From Pseudomonadota bacterium (GTDB lineage: Bacteria; Pseudomonadota; Alphaproteobacteria; Caulobacterales; Hyphomonadaceae), in assembly GCA_038527765.1 (NCBI GenBank), contig JBCBFK010000004.1:192970-256969 (forward strand): DNA of 64,000 nt. The letters run 5' to 3'. Made by a program: the position numbers and the translations under genes. Under the pieces are notes generated by a model. The model worked only from the letters and a program-made list of their open reading frames with translations. It was not told the DNA's origin and did no database searches. Position 1 is the first letter of the stretch; each line of letters opens with the position of its first letter. Positions 25,621 through 33,917 of this stretch are shown piece after piece.

Positions 25621-26670
25621 TTATATCCGTGGCTTGAGCCAGCCATATGCGCTTTCGTATTTTTCATAACCATCTGCAGGTACGACGTAATGACAGCGCA
25701 GCTGGCTGCTGATGAAGTCGGTCACCACGAAACGATCAGACGTCCGGTAATGCTCCCCGAGGATCGGCTTTATTGCGTCCGTTGCTTCTTGCAGCCGATA
25801 GTGCGGAATGGTCGGGAAGATGTGATGGATCACATGCAAGTTCCCGATATTGTGGGTCAGCCAGTTAAACGGTCCGTAATTGCGGTCTACCGAAGCGAGC
25901 GCGCCCTTCAAGCGGGTCCAATCCTCAGTGTCATAAACGGGCACATCTGGATCGACGTGCTGCATATAGGTCACGAAGGTCAGCCACGCGCCATAAATCA
26001 GGTATGGCGCGAGGATGTATTTTGCGAAGAATCCCCACCCGAAGAGGACTCCGAGACTGATATAGAGGGTCAGAAACCCAACCAAAGCTGCGAGGCCGAG
26101 ATACCAGCTTACGCGCACAGATGTCGTGTATAGATCGCTCTGGGGCAGATAGTGGCTCCCCGTGACTGGCTTGTACGTGGTGAGGTTCCGAATGCCGAGC
26201 TTGTACATTGGCCAACCGATAATAACGAAAATCCCGGACCGGAAAATAATTTTGCGAAATAGTGTATCCTCGCCTTTCCCTGCCGGGCGGAACACTTCTT
26301 CCTGCCGGAAGTGACCGGTCTTGGTATGATGCAAGGCGTGGCTGCGCTGCCATCCACGATACGGAACAAGGATCGCCCCATGGACCAGGATTCCGACAAT
26401 CGTATTCACGGTTCGATTGCTCGAAAACGAGCCGTGACCGGCATCGTGCCCGATCACGAAAAGCGACCAAAGCATCGTTCCAATCAGAAAAATCACGGGC
26501 CATTCAATGTACCAGGCGCTGGTCTGAGAGAGGATGAAATACAAACCTGCGATCACGGCCAGATCGAAAGCGAGATAGGCAAACGCACGCCGGGTATCGG
26601 GTTGAAAGCAACGTTTCGGGATCGCTTTATGAAGATCTTGGACACTAAAAGGCAGGTCAGCTTGGCTCAT
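25621..26670 (-). CDS. Membrane fatty acid desaturase
   Basis: 349 aa with three His boxes (HDAGHGS, HALHH, HVIHH) and hydrophobic spans. Confidence 0.9.
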   Translation of the reverse strand: MSQADLPFSVQDLHKAIPKRCFQPDTRRAFAYLAFDLAVIAGLYFILSQTSAWYIEWPVIFLIGTMLWSLFVIGHDAGHGSFSSNRTVNTIVGILVHGAILVPYRGWQRSHALHHTKTGHFRQEEVFRPAGKGEDTLFRKIIFRSGIFVIIGWPMYKLGIRNLTTYKPVTGSHYLPQSDLYTTSVRVSWYLGLAALVGFLTLYISLGVLFGWGFFAKYILAPYLIYGAWLTFVTYMQHVDPDVPVYDTEDWTRLKGALASVDRNYGPFNWLTHNIGNLHVIHHIFPTIPHYRLQEATDAIKPILGEHYRTSDRFVVTDFISSQLRCHYVVPADGYEKYESAYGWLKPRI

Positions 26671-26904
26671 GGCTTACTCTTGAGAATATTTGCGCGGATT
26701 ATCTTAGTCTTCGCGGATATTGTGGATGTAAAGTTAATACACGTTGAGCGAGTTGTTCTGATGCGGCGCGACACATGGTCGAGCAAACTGCGCCAGAACG
26801 GCTGAAGACTCACAGTTTGCCTTGCCCGACGGGGTGACGGGAGCTACGAAGCACCCCATATCTATTGCGGCGCGGCATCGCGCGTCGTTTTTTATGGAGA
26901 CAGG

Positions 26905-27123
26905 ATGTCAAAAGAAGAAATCATTGAGTTCAACGGAACCATCGTAGAACTCCTGCCGAACGCGACGTTTCGCGTTAAGCTGGAAAATGATCATGAGATC
27001 ATTGGGTATACAGCCGGCAAAATGCGCAAGAACCGAATTCGTATTCTCACCGGGGACAAGGTTCTTGTGGAAATGACCCCGTATGATCTGACCAAAGGTC
27101 GGATCACATATCGCTTCAAATAG
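26905..27123 (+). CDS. infA: Translation initiation factor IF-1
   Basis: 72 aa. [72 protein letters not shown] is an unmistakable IF-1 S1 fold sequence. Confidence 0.97.
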   Translation: MSKEEIIEFNGTIVELLPNATFRVKLENDHEIIGYTAGKMRKNRIRILTGDKVLVEMTPYDLTKGRITYRFK

Positions 27124-27133
27124 GCTTTTCGGC

Positions 27134-27556
27134 TTGAGCGAAGCGCAGGTTCCAGACGGATATGAGCGACACTTTCGTCGCTCCGGACTGACCGATCCTT
27201 GGGAACCGCTCTATTCTCGAAAACTTGATGACCGCATTCAAATCGGCCTGGTGCTGGCGGAACCACATTGCAATTCGCGCGGCCTGGTTCATGGTGGCTT
27301 GATTGCGGCACTGTCGGACAATGCTATGGGGTTGTCATGCATAGTGGCGCTCGACAATGCGGGCAGGGATGCCGGCAAAGGGCTCGTAACGGTGTCACTG
27401 GGGACAGACTATCTCGGCAGTGCAAAGCTTGGCGAATGGCTGGAAATCGATCCAGAACCGGTCAAAGTCGGCGGGTCTATTTGTTTTGCCCGCGCGATCA
27501 TTCGCGGCAATGATCGACCCGTGGCGATGGCCAACGCCACGTTCAAAATCCTATGA
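27134..27556 (+). CDS. PaaI family (hotdog fold) thioesterase
   Basis: 140 aa with a TTG start and the HGGLIAALSDNAMG motif characteristic of PaaI/4HBT class thioesterases. Confidence 0.8.
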   Translation: MSEAQVPDGYERHFRRSGLTDPWEPLYSRKLDDRIQIGLVLAEPHCNSRGLVHGGLIAALSDNAMGLSCIVALDNAGRDAGKGLVTVSLGTDYLGSAKLGEWLEIDPEPVKVGGSICFARAIIRGNDRPVAMANATFKIL

Positions 27557-28119
27557 GTAAACTTATCCTGGCGAGTGCCAGCCCGAGACGTCAGCAATTG
27601 CTGGCTCAAATCGGCGTCACACCGGATGAGATCACTCCCGCAAACATTGATGAAACGCCTCGAGCCGGGGAGGTGCCGCGGGCTTATGCTGTCCGGCTTG
27701 GGTTCGAAAAGGCGCATGCGGTTCACGCGCAAGGCCAGTTCACGCTTGCGGGGGATACGGTTGTGGCCCTCGGTCGCCGGATCTTGCCCAAAGCGGAAAG
27801 CAATCAGGAGGTGATGGATTGTCTGCGTCTGATCTCGGGCCGCGCGCATCATGTGCTCACATCTGTCTGTCTGATCGGGCCGGAGGGGCAAGTGGCGCAG
27901 CGGCTGAGCGATACACGTGTTCAGGTCAAACGCCTGACAGACGCTGAAATTGCTGCCTATGTCGACAGCCAGGAAGGCCTCGGCAAAGCGGGGGGATATG
28001 CCATCCAAGGGCGATTTGGCGCTCATATCCGGCGCATCAGCGGCAGCTATACGGGCGTCATGGGTCTGCCGGTCCACGAGGCAGCACAAATGCTCACAGG
28101 ACTTGGCTATCGGTTGTAG
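27553..28119 (+). CDS. maf: Maf family nucleoside triphosphate pyrophosphatase
   Basis: 188 aa with LILASASPRRQQLL, GKAGGYAIQG and a GLP block. An ATGA overlap couples it to the thioesterase gene. Confidence 0.9.
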   Translation: MSKLILASASPRRQQLLAQIGVTPDEITPANIDETPRAGEVPRAYAVRLGFEKAHAVHAQGQFTLAGDTVVALGRRILPKAESNQEVMDCLRLISGRAHHVLTSVCLIGPEGQVAQRLSDTRVQVKRLTDAEIAAYVDSQEGLGKAGGYAIQGRFGAHIRRISGSYTGVMGLPVHEAAQMLTGLGYRL

Positions 28120-28973
28120 AAGTCGAACTCGATTTCATACTCCAGGTGACCGTCACCCATTGAGAGGTCATAGCCACCGAATCCATAGACATAATCAAAC
28201 CGGATCGATTGAGACGGTAAATCCACGGCGTCGCGAAGGCGGATCGCATTGCTGAATTCCATAATGCGGGTGGGTGTGCCGAAAACGTCGCCAAGATCTT
28301 GCACATTATTCAGTCGACGAATGTAGTTGCCATTGCGCGTATTGGCGCCGAACGCCATGCTGTCATCAACGCCTCTGCGTGTGACGTCATATACAAAATC
28401 GATATTATTCAGAAGGTTGGCGGTGTTGAACCCATCCGTTGTTCCGATCAGACGGGCTTCAGCTGTCACGTAAAAGTCTGTGCGAGATGACAGATAGAAG
28501 CTGCGCTGCGCTGAAGTATCGGCGGCAACCAAATCTGTACTCAACGAGACTTGAAACGGATCGAGCCGGTCTCCTGCATCGAGAAATCCTGTCGAGTTGT
28601 TGTCGGAGGGAAGGCGATCAGGGATGCCGTCGCCATTCGTGTCGATGCCAAAAATCACGCTCTGATCCTGAAGGGGGACCGAATGAAAGCCTTCGGTTCG
28701 CGAGCCGGTAATCACGGGATTGACGCCGCCAGAGCCTTGAAACGGATTGCCTGTCCAAGGGATCATCCGTCCGCCAGCAGGTACGGTTCCGCCAGTCGCA
28801 AAGACGTAATTGTCATAGACATCGAACGTGAAGCCGTCATGGACCACGACGCATCCATAGACGCGGCAATAGAAGTCTGAATCGAGCCAAGACGCTAATG
28901 CTGGGGGCGCCAATCCAAACATTGCCACCCCCAAGACGAGCGTTTTGAACTTATTCCAATGCCGTTTTAGCAT
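28107..28973 (-). CDS. Hypothetical secreted beta-rich protein (Cys pair, Ca-binding-like DxNxDG loop)
   Basis: 288 aa with a signal peptide (MLKRHWNKFKTLVLGVAMFGLAPPALA), FYCRVYGC, DTNGDGIPD, and a C-terminal alternating strand LEYEIEFDFY. No family recognised. Confidence 0.6.
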   Translation of the reverse strand: MLKRHWNKFKTLVLGVAMFGLAPPALASWLDSDFYCRVYGCVVVHDGFTFDVYDNYVFATGGTVPAGGRMIPWTGNPFQGSGGVNPVITGSRTEGFHSVPLQDQSVIFGIDTNGDGIPDRLPSDNNSTGFLDAGDRLDPFQVSLSTDLVAADTSAQRSFYLSSRTDFYVTAEARLIGTTDGFNTANLLNNIDFVYDVTRRGVDDSMAFGANTRNGNYIRRLNNVQDLGDVFGTPTRIMEFSNAIRLRDAVDLPSQSIRFDYVYGFGGYDLSMGDGHLEYEIEFDFYNR

Positions 28974-29820
28974 CTTCGGTCAGGGCAGCTGGGACCGCTG
29001 TCTCGTCGTAAGAGAGATCTGATGTGAACGGATCCAGCATGATCGCACCCGCCGGGATTTGGGGGGCGAAAATGTTTTCCAGCGTGACCTCAACTCTTGG
29101 GTTGGACGGCAACTCCTCAGTCAACGGCATTCTGTACTTTCGTGCGCCGTCATGCAGGACCACCAGATTGTTGATCGGCTCTGTAATCGTATCGCCTTTG
29201 TCGCCGGAGATCTTGACTTCACCCCGCAGCCGGGCATGTGCGTTTCCGTTATTTTCTATATCAAATACAACAGCTTGCTCGCTATCAGGAGACTTTAACA
29301 ACGTGGCGCCTTTGATCTCTGGCTGGCTCTCAGCATCGCCCATGGTGAGATAGAAAAGGCTCGCAATCTGGTATTTTTTCCAAACACCGGATTGGCCGGA
29401 ACGCGTTTCGGGCAGCAAAGTGGAAGCAATTAAAGCGAACCGGAAATCGCCCTCTCGATCAATCCGGATCGGAGCCGCCATATCGACAATGATCTGCTCG
29501 GTTTCACCTGGATTAAGGGTCACAAAAGCGGGGCTGAAACGCACCCAGTTTGCGGCCGATACATCGCTTTCTCCGGGCGGAGACAGTTCGATTTGTCCAT
29601 TCTCATCTAAGCTCCAATCGGCGAGGCCGAGTGTGAGCGAAATCGTGTCCTCTTGATGGACATTGCCAAGGTTGATGACTTGGCGTTGCCGATCCCCTGG
29701 TTGGATCGACATTTCGACAGTGGTCGGCTGTAGGCCGATGCCGAAGGAAGAAGCCGGCGCAGCGATGGCAGCTAAAGCCATCGCAACCATGCCCGTTCGC
29801 AATGCGAAAGGAAAACGCAT
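28951..29820 (-). CDS. Periplasmic PapD-like (Ig-fold pilus chaperone-like) protein
   Basis: 289 aa with a signal peptide. Its pattern is LQPTTVEMSIQPGDRQRQVINLGN ... WVRFSPAFVTLNPGETEQIIV ... EGDFRFALI, which resembles the PapD_N consensus layout. An AGGGGA RBS precedes the ATG. The family assignment is by eye only. Confidence 0.5.
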   Translation of the reverse strand: MRFPFALRTGMVAMALAAIAAPASSFGIGLQPTTVEMSIQPGDRQRQVINLGNVHQEDTISLTLGLADWSLDENGQIELSPPGESDVSAANWVRFSPAFVTLNPGETEQIIVDMAAPIRIDREGDFRFALIASTLLPETRSGQSGVWKKYQIASLFYLTMGDAESQPEIKGATLLKSPDSEQAVVFDIENNGNAHARLRGEVKISGDKGDTITEPINNLVVLHDGARKYRMPLTEELPSNPRVEVTLENIFAPQIPAGAIMLDPFTSDLSYDETAVPAALTEDAKTALE

Positions 29821-29837
29821 TCAAAAATCCCCTAATT

Positions 29838-29863
29838 TTAAGCTCTTATTGTCATGAGCTTAA
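29838..29863. promoter_or_regulatory. Perfect 8-bp inverted repeat TTAAGCTC-N10-GAGCTTAA in a divergent promoter region
   Basis: It starts 18 nt upstream of the chaperone-like gene ATG (29820) and lies 77 nt upstream of the phosphatase gene ATG (29940). It could be an operator or a 5'-UTR hairpin. Confidence 0.35.
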
Positions 29864-29939
29864 CCGCTTATGGTTACTGGAGGGTTTCTAATGAGCGCCG
29901 CGACTTGCCGCTCTCGCTCGGCTCGGGTAACGCCATCGC

Positions 29940-30635
29940 ATGAAATTGCCAGGACATAAGAAACGCAAACACGAGGCGGCGGATATTTCGTCTAAGCCTG
30001 GCCGCAAGCGCGCGGAACGCGAACTCGTGCTGGGTGATCACGGGTTTCTGCGCGAGAGCTTTCAAAACTTGCATAAGATCAGCGATGTGATGTGGCGCTC
30101 CAACCAACCCAATCCACGCCAGATCGAAGAGCATGTGCGCCTGAGGGGGATCAAAACCATCCTCAATCTGCGGGGGCCGAGCACACGTGGCTACTACCTA
30201 CTTGAGAAAGAGGCGTGCGAGGCGCATGGCGTTGAGCTCATCGATTTCCAGGTCTTTTCACGCGACACCCCAACCGTGGAGCGCGTTTTCGAAGCGAAAG
30301 CACTCTTTGATTCAATCACTTATCCCGCATTGATGCACTGCAAATCCGGGGCAGATCGGGCCGGCTTGATGAGCGTTCTGTACGCTATTTTCCAGCTCGG
30401 CGAGCCCGTAAACGTGGCGGTTCGGCAACTTTCGAAGAAATACCTGCATATGAGAGAGGGTAAAACCGGGCTCCTGGACGCGTTTTTTGAAACCTATTTA
30501 GAGGCGGAAGCCGCCTCCGGAATCGCCTTCGAAGACTGGCTCAAGACGGACTATGACCGCGAAAAGGTGAAAGAGGACTTCTTGAAATCGGGCCAAAGCA
30601 AACTCCGGCTCGATTGGTTGCTCCGGCGCGAGTAA
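29940..30635 (+). CDS. Protein tyrosine / dual-specificity phosphatase family protein
   Basis: 231 aa with a CX5R P-loop (HCKSGADRAG) and a basic N-terminal tail. Confidence 0.8.
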   Translation: MKLPGHKKRKHEAADISSKPGRKRAERELVLGDHGFLRESFQNLHKISDVMWRSNQPNPRQIEEHVRLRGIKTILNLRGPSTRGYYLLEKEACEAHGVELIDFQVFSRDTPTVERVFEAKALFDSITYPALMHCKSGADRAGLMSVLYAIFQLGEPVNVAVRQLSKKYLHMREGKTGLLDAFFETYLEAEAASGIAFEDWLKTDYDREKVKEDFLKSGQSKLRLDWLLRRE

Positions 30636-30712
30636 GGACTTTTTCTCTGGCCTTGGTGTGGGATTCGTGGAAGTTTCCCCGGGTGCGAAACATTGAGGAA
30701 AGGGGTTCGCCT

Positions 30713-31033
30713 ATGAAAAAGGTTATCTTTGCATCGCTCTTCGCTATTGGCCTTGCGGCTTGTGGGGGAGCCGGTGGTGGCGGCGCAAAAGCCGCTCTCG
30801 TCCAGTCTTGCCTGGACGATGGCAGCAGCGACGAAAGCACATGCAATTGCATGGCTGATAAGGCTGTCAGCGATCTGGATCCAAAATTGGTCGATATTCT
30901 AGTCGAGGCCACAAAAGCCGAAGACGAAGATGCATTCATGATGTCAAAAATGGGCGAACTTTCTCCGGAAGAGATGACCTCATTCATGACTGTCATGATG
31001 GGTGCCGCCACTGAGTGCGGCATGGAGATGTAA
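30713..31033 (+). CDS. Small lipoprotein, hypothetical
   Basis: ATG 30713 follows a GAGGAAAGGGG RBS. It has the signal and lipobox MKKVIFASLFAIGLAAC, a Gly-rich linker, and three further Cys in the mature part. The upstream 33 codons of the ORF are rejected. Confidence 0.7.
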   Translation: MKKVIFASLFAIGLAACGGAGGGGAKAALVQSCLDDGSSDESTCNCMADKAVSDLDPKLVDILVEATKAEDEDAFMMSKMGELSPEEMTSFMTVMMGAATECGMEM

Positions 31034-31058
31034 CGGCCCAGCGCCAGATTGGTTCATG

Positions 31059-31100
31059 CAACCCGGACCTGAAAGAACTCAGATGTCCGGGTTGTCTTTG
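31059..31100 (+). terminator. Hairpin terminator after the lipoprotein gene
   Basis: A 10-bp perfect stem CAACCCGGAC/GTCCGGGTTG (31059-31068 and 31085-31094) is followed by TCTTTG. The loop is long (16 nt) and the U-tract is weak. Confidence 0.45.
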
Positions 31101-31117
31101 AGTAGAAAGAGGATGTC

Positions 31118-31405
31118 ATGAAATTCTTCATTATCAACAGCTTCCGCCTGATGGTGTATGTGGCTTATCTCGCCACAATTATCATCGGACTATTGCTCGC
31201 TTACTATAATGCGGTGCCTCAGAAAGGGGCGATGATTACAGACCTGATCGGCGTCGAGGGCCCACTTGCCCAGGTGCTGTCCTTTGCCGCGCTTTCCGTT
31301 GGCAGCTGGATTGCTGCCAGCGTCGTGGCGGGTTTGATCGTCACCATTCTCGATATCCGCGACGATATCAACGATCGTCTGCCGGACGCACGACGCGACG
31401 ACTAG
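31118..31405 (+). CDS. Hypothetical small membrane protein
   Basis: 95 aa with two or three hydrophobic helices and a GAGGATG-like RBS. No motif recognised. Confidence 0.5.
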   Translation: MKFFIINSFRLMVYVAYLATIIIGLLLAYYNAVPQKGAMITDLIGVEGPLAQVLSFAALSVGSWIAASVVAGLIVTILDIRDDINDRLPDARRDD

Positions 31406-31427
31406 GGACTGATCGAGGGAGGGCTGT

Positions 31428-31814
31428 ATGAGCGCTTTACAAGTCGCGAGTGTTTATGTCGCGATCAATATTCTAATGCTCGTATGGCTCGCCTTTCGGG
31501 TGGTCACACACCGGTTCCGCGGAAAAATTTCCATGGGGGATGGCGGGTCTGAAGCGCTCGCCAAAGCCATTCGTGTGCATGGCAATGCTTCCGAGAATAT
31601 GCCCCCCATGCTGATCGGATTGTTGGCACTCGCTTTTTTGAGCGGCCCAGTCTGGAGCATTCATGCGCTTGGGATCGGCTTCACAATCGGGCGCGTCTTG
31701 CATGCGATTGGCATGGGCGGCGGTCCGATCATCTTTCGACAACTCGGAATGGTCCTATCTTGGACCGCGATGGTCATTGTGTCGCTTGCCTTGCTGTACT
31801 TCGCATTTAGCTAG
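31428..31814 (+). CDS. MAPEG family membrane protein
   Basis: 128 aa. The RVHGNASENMPPMLIGLLAL block and four hydrophobic helices fit MAPEG (microsomal GST-like) proteins. Confidence 0.75.
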   Translation: MSALQVASVYVAINILMLVWLAFRVVTHRFRGKISMGDGGSEALAKAIRVHGNASENMPPMLIGLLALAFLSGPVWSIHALGIGFTIGRVLHAIGMGGGPIIFRQLGMVLSWTAMVIVSLALLYFAFS

Positions 31815-31820
31815 GCCTGT

Positions 31821-32639
31821 ATGGCCAGGCAAATTGCATTTTCAGCCCTTTTTCAAGAGAGCGTTGCGCGCGCAAGGACTCTGATTGTACCGTCCTTGCC
31901 GTATGCCGCTCTTTTTGTAGTGGCGTCCGGCATTCTGATTTGGGCAGCGAACATTCTTCCCGATGGCGGATCAGGCTTCGCTGTTTTTAGCGCTCTGACA
32001 TTTTTGACCTTGTTCGCCCACAGCTTGTTTTCGGTGGCCATGTATCATGCCGTTTTGCCGGCCGAGACAGGGAAACTCACCGCAGCCTGGAAGCTGACTC
32101 TCGCCTGGCTGCTCGTTTTCGTGATCCTCGCTATCGCGGCCAGTATGATCACGCTCTTCTTCGCTCAGATCGGTGCCAGCCTCGGCGTGGGAACAAGTGA
32201 TGACGCTGGCAATATCGCCGATATGACCGAGCAATTGCGCGAGGGCGGTGCTTTTTGGCCGGTCTTTTGTTTATTCCTGGCAACCTTGTTTGGCGTGTTC
32301 TGGTTCATCACGCGCCTCATGGTATTTGCTGCGGCGACAGCATCGCGGGGTACGGTGCATGTCTTGCGAACCTGGTACTGGACCAAGGGAAAATTCCTGA
32401 TCCTTGCGCCACTTTTGCTCGTGTTTGCCCTCGTTCCGTTTGTCGCCCTCACTTATCTTGGCGGGAGTGTTGGAGAAGCGGTCTTCAGCGCTGAACCCGA
32501 TCCGCTTGAGGCGGCGATGGCGACGGCTTTGGGACTGATAATCCTTCTGCCCAGCGCCTGGTTAAGTCACGGCCTTGCCGCAACTGTGTTTGTTCATCTC
32601 GCGCCGGTTGAGGATCAAATAACAACGCCCGCGTCATAA
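31821..32639 (+). CDS. Hypothetical polytopic membrane protein
   Basis: 272 aa with about six hydrophobic helices. No recognisable family. Confidence 0.55.
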   Translation: MARQIAFSALFQESVARARTLIVPSLPYAALFVVASGILIWAANILPDGGSGFAVFSALTFLTLFAHSLFSVAMYHAVLPAETGKLTAAWKLTLAWLLVFVILAIAASMITLFFAQIGASLGVGTSDDAGNIADMTEQLREGGAFWPVFCLFLATLFGVFWFITRLMVFAAATASRGTVHVLRTWYWTKGKFLILAPLLLVFALVPFVALTYLGGSVGEAVFSAEPDPLEAAMATALGLIILLPSAWLSHGLAATVFVHLAPVEDQITTPAS

Positions 32640-33814
32640 AGGGCTTCAATCTGAGCGTCGTCATAACCAATGGCGGCGAGCACATCGCGAGAATGCTGTC
32701 CCATCTGCGGCGATGCACCCTTGGGACCATCATCTGTTCCGGGAAACCGGATGGGCGAGGCAGGTGAGGCGAAGGTTGATCCGTCTCCGCTGGCACTTGG
32801 CACCTGGGTGATGCCGCCTGCGGCTGCGACCTGCGAGTCTTTCGCGACTTCGGCGAGCGTTTGCACCGGGGCCCAGGCAATCGCCTCGGCATCTAATCGT
32901 TCTGCGATCTCGGCTTTTGTGTATTTGCCAAATTCGTCGTCCATAAGCGTGACAAGCTCGGCGGCATGTGCGCGGCGTGATTTGCCGGTCGTAAAGCGCT
33001 CATCTTCGATCAGATCTGCGCGGTCCATGACCCGACAGAGCGGCGCCCAATCGACGTTGCCCTGGCGTGAAACGATGCATATCCAGCTTTCATCCTTGGT
33101 CTTGAAGAAATTCATCAAAGGCTGAATCTGCTCATGCCGCGATTTGGTCGATCCGATGCGTCCAAAGAAAAGCTGGATGGCGAAATCTGATCCAAGTGCG
33201 AACAAAGCGGCCCGAAGAAGCGAGGCTTCGACAAGCTGTCCCTGTCCCGTGCGCTGCGCCTTTACGAGGGCGGCACAAATCCCGGCTGCCGCAGCCATGC
33301 TGGTGGTGTGGTCTCCAAATGCGGTCCGTAGGGCAAACGGATCCTGTCCTTTCGGGACGGTCAATTGTCCGACACCGGCGCGCGACCAGAAAGACGCGAC
33401 ATCAAACCCCGGTTTATCGGCGTCGGGCCCTTCAAGACCATACCCTGTCAGCGTGCAGTAAACGAGTTTTGGATTGATCGCGTGCAAGCTCGCATAATCA
33501 AGGCCGGATCGGCTTAGCCCCCCTGGGCGGACATTGGTGAGGAAGACGTCTGCGTCTGCGGCGAGCTCTCGCAAGATTTTCTGACCATCTTCTGTGCGCG
33601 TGTCCAAGACGATGGATTTCTTACCGCGATTGTCGAAGTCGAAGACCGGATTGTCCTGAATGTCCGTGCCAATCGTGCTGAAGAAATTCCGGATCGGATC
33701 ACCGCCGGGAGGTTCAATTTTGATCACATCAGCCCCCCAGTCACTGAGGATGCCACCGGCGCCGGGCGCCGCCATGTACGTGGCGTGTTCGATAACTTTG
33801 ATGCCGTCCAACAT
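32615..33814 (-). CDS. CaiB/BaiF family (class III) CoA-transferase
   Basis: 399 aa with N-terminal LDGIKVIEHATYMAAPGAGGILSDWGADVIKIEPPGGD and the catalytic Asp region GFDVASFW, both typical of family III CoA transferases. Confidence 0.9.
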   Translation of the reverse strand: MLDGIKVIEHATYMAAPGAGGILSDWGADVIKIEPPGGDPIRNFFSTIGTDIQDNPVFDFDNRGKKSIVLDTRTEDGQKILRELAADADVFLTNVRPGGLSRSGLDYASLHAINPKLVYCTLTGYGLEGPDADKPGFDVASFWSRAGVGQLTVPKGQDPFALRTAFGDHTTSMAAAAGICAALVKAQRTGQGQLVEASLLRAALFALGSDFAIQLFFGRIGSTKSRHEQIQPLMNFFKTKDESWICIVSRQGNVDWAPLCRVMDRADLIEDERFTTGKSRRAHAAELVTLMDDEFGKYTKAEIAERLDAEAIAWAPVQTLAEVAKDSQVAAAGGITQVPSASGDGSTFASPASPIRFPGTDDGPKGASPQMGQHSRDVLAAIGYDDAQIEALYDAGVVI

Positions 33815-33917
33815 GACGTGTCCTACCTCTGTCGATTTTATTTTGGTAAACTAGGTGTTAACCCGCTCAGTTCATCTATTCTGAAATAGGAATCGGTGAC
33901 AGGGATACCGCCGCGAT

